A stretch of DNA of 64,000 nt. It comes from Cyanobacteria bacterium J06633_8. GTDB taxonomy: Bacteria; Cyanobacteriota; Cyanobacteriia; Cyanobacteriales; Nostocaceae. The stretch spans positions 54,913 through 118,912 of the forward strand of contig JBCBPQ010000003.1 of the NCBI GenBank assembly GCA_039820645.1, in the 5' to 3' direction. Positions 59,366 to 64,000 of this stretch are shown here, piece after piece. The notes under the pieces are model-generated. The model was given only the letters and a program-made list of their open reading frames with translations, made no database searches and was not told the DNA's origin. Position 1 is the stretch's first letter; the number at the start of each line of letters is the position of its first letter. Both the position numbers and the translations under genes were made by a program.

Positions 59366-59503
59366 AACTGTTGGAAATACAAACAGTTCTTTATCCTGTC
59401 AGATTATCAAAGTGCTAAAAAAAATGCGTTTTTGATTTTGACCGATTAAGCAGAATTTCAATCCTCCCTCATACAAACAATCAGAACCAGGAAAACTGAA
59501 CAA

Positions 59504-59821
59504 ATGGCTACTTTACAGCAGCAGAAAATTAGAATTCGCTTAAAAGCTTTTGACCGTCGCTTACTCGATACATCTTGCGAGAAAATAGTTGATACTGCTA
59601 ACCGCACTAACGCAACAGCAATTGGTCCGATACCTTTACCTACTAAGCGTCGTATTTACTGCGTACTCCGTTCTCCTCACGTAGACAAAGATTCACGAGA
59701 ACACTTTGAAACCCGTACCCATCGACGCATTATCGATATTTATCAGCCTTCTTCTAAAACCATTGATGCTTTGATGAAGCTTGATTTACCTTCTGGTGTA
59801 GATATTGAAGTCAAGCTGTAA
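59504..59821 (+). CDS. rpsJ: 30S ribosomal protein S10
   Basis: [15 protein letters not shown]...V.TA.RT.A...GPIPLPT....[23 protein letters not shown]. Confidence 0.97.
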   Translation: MATLQQQKIRIRLKAFDRRLLDTSCEKIVDTANRTNATAIGPIPLPTKRRIYCVLRSPHVDKDSREHFETRTHRRIIDIYQPSSKTIDALMKLDLPSGVDIEVKL

Positions 59822-59889
59822 TTATTAATTCAAGATTGATTGTCTTTTTTGATAAATGTTCATCGAAAAACAACAATAGTTACTTACTA

Positions 59890-59917
59890 CCCTTGGAAAT
59901 TTTTCTAAGGGCTTTTT
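59890..59917 (+). terminator. Terminator-like stem-loop after rpsJ
   Basis: CCCTTGGAAA / TTTCTAAGGG imperfect stem, followed by CTTTTT. Confidence 0.5.
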
Positions 59918-60030
59918 AGTCGCTGCAAAACGACTTTGAGATAAAATATAAAAAAAATACGGGTTTTTCCACAAAGAAATACTTTTATGCGTAGTACAAG
60001 TAGTAGTACAAACTATATATCACGGTAAAT

Positions 60031-60681
60031 ATGACATCCTCCTCTAGAATTGCAGTTCGCGAGCTACCTTTGTTCCCTTTACCGGATGTGGTACTGTTCC
60101 CCACCAGACCTTTACCCCTACATATTTTTGAATTTCGCTATCGAATTATGATGAACACTATTTTAGATAGCGATCGCAGGTTCGGAGTATTAATGGTTGA
60201 CCCAGCAAAGGGTACTGTAGCTAATGTTGGTTGCTGTGCCGAAGTTATCCATCATCAACGCTTAAAAGATGACCGGATGAAAATGCTAACTTTGGGACAG
60301 CAGAGGTTTCGCGTACTAGAATACGTTCGAGAGAAGCCTTATTTTGTTGGCTTGGTGGAGTGGATTGATGATGAAGAGCCGAGCAAAGATTTACGACACG
60401 AAGCTTCTGAGGTCGAACAGCTCTTACGTGATGTTGTAAGGTTAAGTGCTAAGTTGACCGAACAAAATATAGAACTGCCCCAAGATTTACCAGCTTTGCC
60501 TAAAGAATTATCCTATTGGGTAGCAAGCAACCTTTACCGTGTTGCTCCTGAACAACAGTCATTATTAGAAATGCAGGATACTGCCCTGCGTTTAGAACGA
60601 GAATCAGAAATTTTAACTTCAACTCGCAATCACTTAGCCGCTCGTACAGTTCTTAAAGATACATTAAACCAAAAGTCTTGA
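60031..60681 (+). CDS. LON N-terminal (substrate-binding) domain protein
   Basis: LPLFPLPDVVLFP..PLPLHIFE.RYR.M is the hallmark start of stand-alone Lon N-domain proteins. Confidence 0.75.
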   Translation: MTSSSRIAVRELPLFPLPDVVLFPTRPLPLHIFEFRYRIMMNTILDSDRRFGVLMVDPAKGTVANVGCCAEVIHHQRLKDDRMKMLTLGQQRFRVLEYVREKPYFVGLVEWIDDEEPSKDLRHEASEVEQLLRDVVRLSAKLTEQNIELPQDLPALPKELSYWVASNLYRVAPEQQSLLEMQDTALRLERESEILTSTRNHLAARTVLKDTLNQKS

Positions 60682-61337
60682 ACGGTAATTAATTATTGGT
60701 GATTTTTTTCGCTACTAATTAGATAAACTTTATAGAACTTTGAAGTAATATTCTATGTTCTATAGAAGTTGCTTTTTTATGCAGCAGTTTTTAATATTCT
60801 TACCTATCAACAAAGCTAGCTTAATTTGATAATTTATCAAAGATATCATAACTCAATGGCTTCAATTATATTCCTAAATTGGCAGTTCTAATTTTTTAAC
60901 TTTTTATGAAGTCATATATGTAATTAAAAATTCTCAGTATTTCAGAAAAAATCAATCACCGAATAAATTATTAAGGTTTAAAGCCCCTCTTCTGTCACTC
61001 TCCGAAAAATTTTGTTTTTGTTAGTTTGGCTTAGACTTAAAAATTTAGCGATTAAAAACAGGTGAAACTGTTTATAAAATTAAGCATAATTTACTTTCTA
61101 ATTATCGAACCCTCGCAACTAAAACGCCCAGACGTTGCTATGTCTATAGTTTAGTTTTGTAGGCTTCGGGAAGACTTCGCGCACCATAGAAGAGTGCCAG
61201 TTACGTAAGTCCTGTCCTAGTAACATGCTTGTATTGTAGAATATTCAGTAGGGTTCGGGATTACATGAGACACAGATCCAAATGAATATAAGCATTTTTT
61301 CGTAATTTTTAGCTTTTCGATTACTGTTGATTAACCG

Positions 61338-61508
61338 CTGGATTTATCCGTGAATTGCACCTCAGCATAGAACCCCTAAATGTATTTATGGAGAATCAAT
61401 GATGTAGCTTGCGTCACTAAGTGAATTTTTAAGGTCAGAAGCCCCTGGATTTATCCGTGGATAACAATTCCTATTGTTTGTTGAAGCCCCTAAATTCTAT
61501 TTATGGGG
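61338..61508. repeat. Direct duplication of a bipartite motif (CTGGATTTATCCGTG ... CCCCTAAAT.TATTTATGGGG)
   Basis: The 15-mer is identical at 61338-52 and 61445-59. It is followed after 20-28 nt by a CCCC..GGGG hairpin motif, at 61373-61393 and 61487-61508. Confidence 0.6.
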
Positions 61509-61513
61509 TATTA

Positions 61514-61545
61514 ATTACGAATTACGAATTACGAATTACGAATTA
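61514..61545. repeat. STRR heptamer repeat (ATTACGA)
   Basis: 4.5 perfect contiguous units. Confidence 0.85.
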
Positions 61546-61604
61546 TACTCACCGGAGGCCATATTACGAATACTGAATTTCCTTTGATTCAAGATTGGAA
61601 ATCC

Positions 61605-62462
61605 TTACGGTAAAACATTGTAGCTGCCGAAAATTTTCAGAATTTCCGTGTGATTAGATAATTCATTCAAAGCTGATTGCATTTTATCAGAAGAGACATC
61701 TGCTTCTAGATCCATAAAGAATAAATATTCTCCTAAAGAACGTTTTGTGGGACGTGATTCAATCTTGCTGAGATTAATATTTTTATTAGCAAAAACTTGT
61801 AAAGGTTTAACTAATACACCTGGGAGATTTGCAGGCACGCTAAATGCTAATGAAGTATAAGAAGGGGTATTAGCTAATGTGTTATGTCTAGGACTATCAT
61901 TGTGCTTACTTATAACCCAAAAACGAGTGCAATTTTCCGGATAATCATTAATAGCATTTGCTAATACGGGTAAATTATATAGTTTTGCTGCTCTAAGGGA
62001 TGAAATCGCTGCCGCAGTTTGCATATTTTCTAATTTTTGCAATGCTTCTGTTGTAGAGTTAGTGGGAATTAACCGTGCTTTAGGAAGATATTTCTCCAAC
62101 CATTTTTGACATTGAGCTAATGCTTGTGGATGAGAATAAACAATTTCAATATTGTCTATATTTTTGGAACAAGAGATTAATGCATGAGTAATAGGTACAA
62201 CTAAAGCTAGCTGAATTTGCAAATTATCTAGTTCCCAAAGTGTATCTAAAGTAACAGTAACTCCCCCTTGAATAGAGTTTTCTACAGGCACTACTGCTAA
62301 ATCAGATTGACCTTTTGCTACAGAGTGAAGGGTTTGAAAAATACTTGGGTAAGGGCATAATGAAGCTTCCATTTTTGTAGTTTTCGTAAACCAACTAACA
62401 TAATATAAGGCTGCTTGTTCTGCATAAGTGCCTGATGGTCCTAAATGTGCAATAGATATCAT
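61605..62462 (-). CDS. pheA: Prephenate dehydratase
   Basis: IAHLGP.GTY.E.AA, PVENS..G.V, TRF.V, and the ACT domain ESRP.K....Y.FF.D. The start is taken at MISIAHLGP; an alternative start is at 62474. Confidence 0.85.
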   Translation of the reverse strand: MISIAHLGPSGTYAEQAALYYVSWFTKTTKMEASLCPYPSIFQTLHSVAKGQSDLAVVPVENSIQGGVTVTLDTLWELDNLQIQLALVVPITHALISCSKNIDNIEIVYSHPQALAQCQKWLEKYLPKARLIPTNSTTEALQKLENMQTAAAISSLRAAKLYNLPVLANAINDYPENCTRFWVISKHNDSPRHNTLANTPSYTSLAFSVPANLPGVLVKPLQVFANKNINLSKIESRPTKRSLGEYLFFMDLEADVSSDKMQSALNELSNHTEILKIFGSYNVLP

Positions 62463-62662
62463 TTTAAAAACCATTACTTAGATAATTTTTAACTTATTAT
62501 GACTTAAGATAGCAAACATAATACTTACTTTCTTACTAGAAATAGATATTATAAAGTACCAATAATTTTTATAATTAAGAAGAATATGGGTTTTGTCTAA
62601 TTGTTCAAACCTATATTTATCAACCAAAAATACAATTATCGATAATATATTATCGTTTACCT

Positions 62663-63250
62663 ATGGCTACTAAATTTCAAGCCTGCCAATCAGTAGAAAT
62701 TCCTGTTCCATATCAGCCTATTGCAATTAAGCATTATTTACGACAACCCCAACGTTTGGTTAATGCTTTAGCGGATTCAAGCCGGATTGAACAGATAAGT
62801 CCGGAAATTTTTCGTTTAAAAATGCGTCCTTTAGCTTTCATGTCACTAAGTATTCAACCAATTGTAGACATGAGAGTATGGGCACTGGAGAGTGGAACAA
62901 TTCATTTAGAGTCAGTAAAAACTGAAATTCGTGGCATTGATTATATTGATAAACGTTTTCAACTAGATTTAAAAGGTAACTTATCAAGTTATAAAAAAGA
63001 TGGGAATACTCATCTTAAAGGCATAGCAAATCTAGAAGTACTTGTGGAATTACCCCCACCTTTTTCTTTCACCCCCAAACCAATACTAGAAACTACTGGT
63101 AACGGCTTGCTAAAAAGCGTATTGTTAACAATAAAGCAAAGATTGCTACGTCAACTGCTAGTTGATTATCAACGCTGGGTTCAATCGCAAACTAAAGATA
63201 ATAGCTTTGATTCGGATAACAATAATTTTAAAGTTTTTAGACCCGAATAA
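62663..63250 (+). CDS. DUF1997-family protein (conserved in cyanobacteria and plastid lineages)
   Basis: YLRQPQRLVNAL.D..RIE.......FRLKMRPL.F....IQP.VDM.VW and the C-terminal TGNGLLKSVL..IKQRL...L..DY..W match my recollection of the family. Confidence 0.55.
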   Translation: MATKFQACQSVEIPVPYQPIAIKHYLRQPQRLVNALADSSRIEQISPEIFRLKMRPLAFMSLSIQPIVDMRVWALESGTIHLESVKTEIRGIDYIDKRFQLDLKGNLSSYKKDGNTHLKGIANLEVLVELPPPFSFTPKPILETTGNGLLKSVLLTIKQRLLRQLLVDYQRWVQSQTKDNSFDSDNNNFKVFRPE

Positions 63251-63279
63251 CGTTTTAAGGCAATTATAAAATAATCATT

Positions 63280-63954
63280 TTACTTTCGCTCTATCTGACA
63301 GGGACGGAACGATTTACGATGTAAAGGCGTGATGCCATTATTTTGTATTGCTAATATATGTTTCTTACTACCATAACCTTTGTTTTTTTCTAAGTCGTAG
63401 GTTGAGTATTTATTAGCAAGACGAACGATAAGATCGTCGCGCCAAACTTTAGCAACAATACTAGCAGCAGCGATTGTTAGCGAAAGCGAATCTCCTTTAA
63501 CTATTGTTTGTTGTGGAATTGAAAAATTTTTTATTGCCTGCGAACCATCAATTAAACAAATTGCAGGCTGTACCTTTAATTTCAGAACAGCCCGCTTCAT
63601 TGCTATTAGTGAGGCTTGCAAAATATTAAAAGAGTCTATTTCAGCCGTAGTCGCAAAACCGATTTTCCAGTCAATTGCAATATCAAAAATTTGCTTGGCT
63701 AACTGAGTTCTTCGAGAAGCGGACAGCTTTTTACTGTCTTTTATGTTGGTTGTGAGGAGTTTGGACAAACTATTAATATCTGGTAGAATCACCGCTGCTG
63801 CTACCACAGGACCAAACAAAGCGCCTCTCCCCACTTCATCTACACCTGCAATTAAGCCTTCTGTATTGGCATAGGTAGAAAATTCTAGCCAATTTTGATT
63901 AATGGGGAGTTTTGGCACGTCGGTTGCAGCTATAGCTTGCCCAATTTCTACCAT
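63280..63954 (-). CDS. rnhB: Ribonuclease HII
   Basis: GVDEVGRGALFGPVVAAAV, DSKKLS, IAAASI.AKV.RD and GYGS..H. Confidence 0.9.
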   Translation of the reverse strand: MVEIGQAIAATDVPKLPINQNWLEFSTYANTEGLIAGVDEVGRGALFGPVVAAAVILPDINSLSKLLTTNIKDSKKLSASRRTQLAKQIFDIAIDWKIGFATTAEIDSFNILQASLIAMKRAVLKLKVQPAICLIDGSQAIKNFSIPQQTIVKGDSLSLTIAAASIVAKVWRDDLIVRLANKYSTYDLEKNKGYGSKKHILAIQNNGITPLHRKSFRPCQIERK

Positions 63955-64000
63955 AAAACAGTCAATTTAATTCTAACTAGATGGTGTTTCCACAGAAGAA

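Noticed and set aside
61245-61265. tRNA-like T-arm sequence GGGTTCGGGATTAC
   Set aside because: There is no complementary T-stem, acceptor stem or anticodon arm around it. I found no tRNA cloverleaf anywhere in the window.

Overview
This is a 64-kb chromosomal segment that looks like a filamentous, probably heterocyst-forming cyanobacterium (Nostocales-like). Supporting signs are AT-rich DNA, many HIP1 GCGATCGC sites, 7-nt STRR tandem repeats in most intergenic gaps, several small hairpin or MITE-like repeat families, and cyanobacterial marker genes (ndhM, ferredoxin-type GOGAT, ycf29-type regulator, Ctp protease, SLH protein, and the plastid-like str operon rpsL-rpsG-fusA-tuf-rpsJ). I support about 47 CDS. 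By eye I found no tRNA or rRNA, no CRISPR array, and no transposase, integrase or reverse transcriptase ORF. Recognisable housekeeping genes are recJ, def, dxr, gltB (glsF-type), pheA, rnhB, an iscA/hesB-type gene, and the str operon. Five things deserve a second look. (1) At 3.0-10.0 kb, an FHA/PP2C phospho-threonine module is linked to two unrelated proteases: an FHA-PrsW membrane protease, and a CHAT caspase-like protease with a C-terminal FHA domain, next to a Zn-ribbon/kinase-like/PP2C membrane phosphatase. (2) At the left edge there is a second CHAT-type locus: a small membrane protein, a membrane-anchored DUF1822-like protein, and the N-terminus of a CHAT-type protein. (3) At 34.1-42.8 kb there is an Arn-like envelope glycosylation island with four GT-C-fold membrane transferases (two are paralogs flanking the island), a polyprenyl-phosphate GT2, an ArnE-like flippase and a methyltransferase. 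(4) The rpsL-rpsG spacer is 634 nt, which seems long, and contains mutually exclusive RNA helices. (5) Two about 1-kb spacers between convergent genes appear empty; one holds a pair of similar 53-codon Cys-containing sORFs. An STRR-derived low-complexity insertion inside gltB is also flagged. All assignments come from reading motifs by eye. No database search was run.
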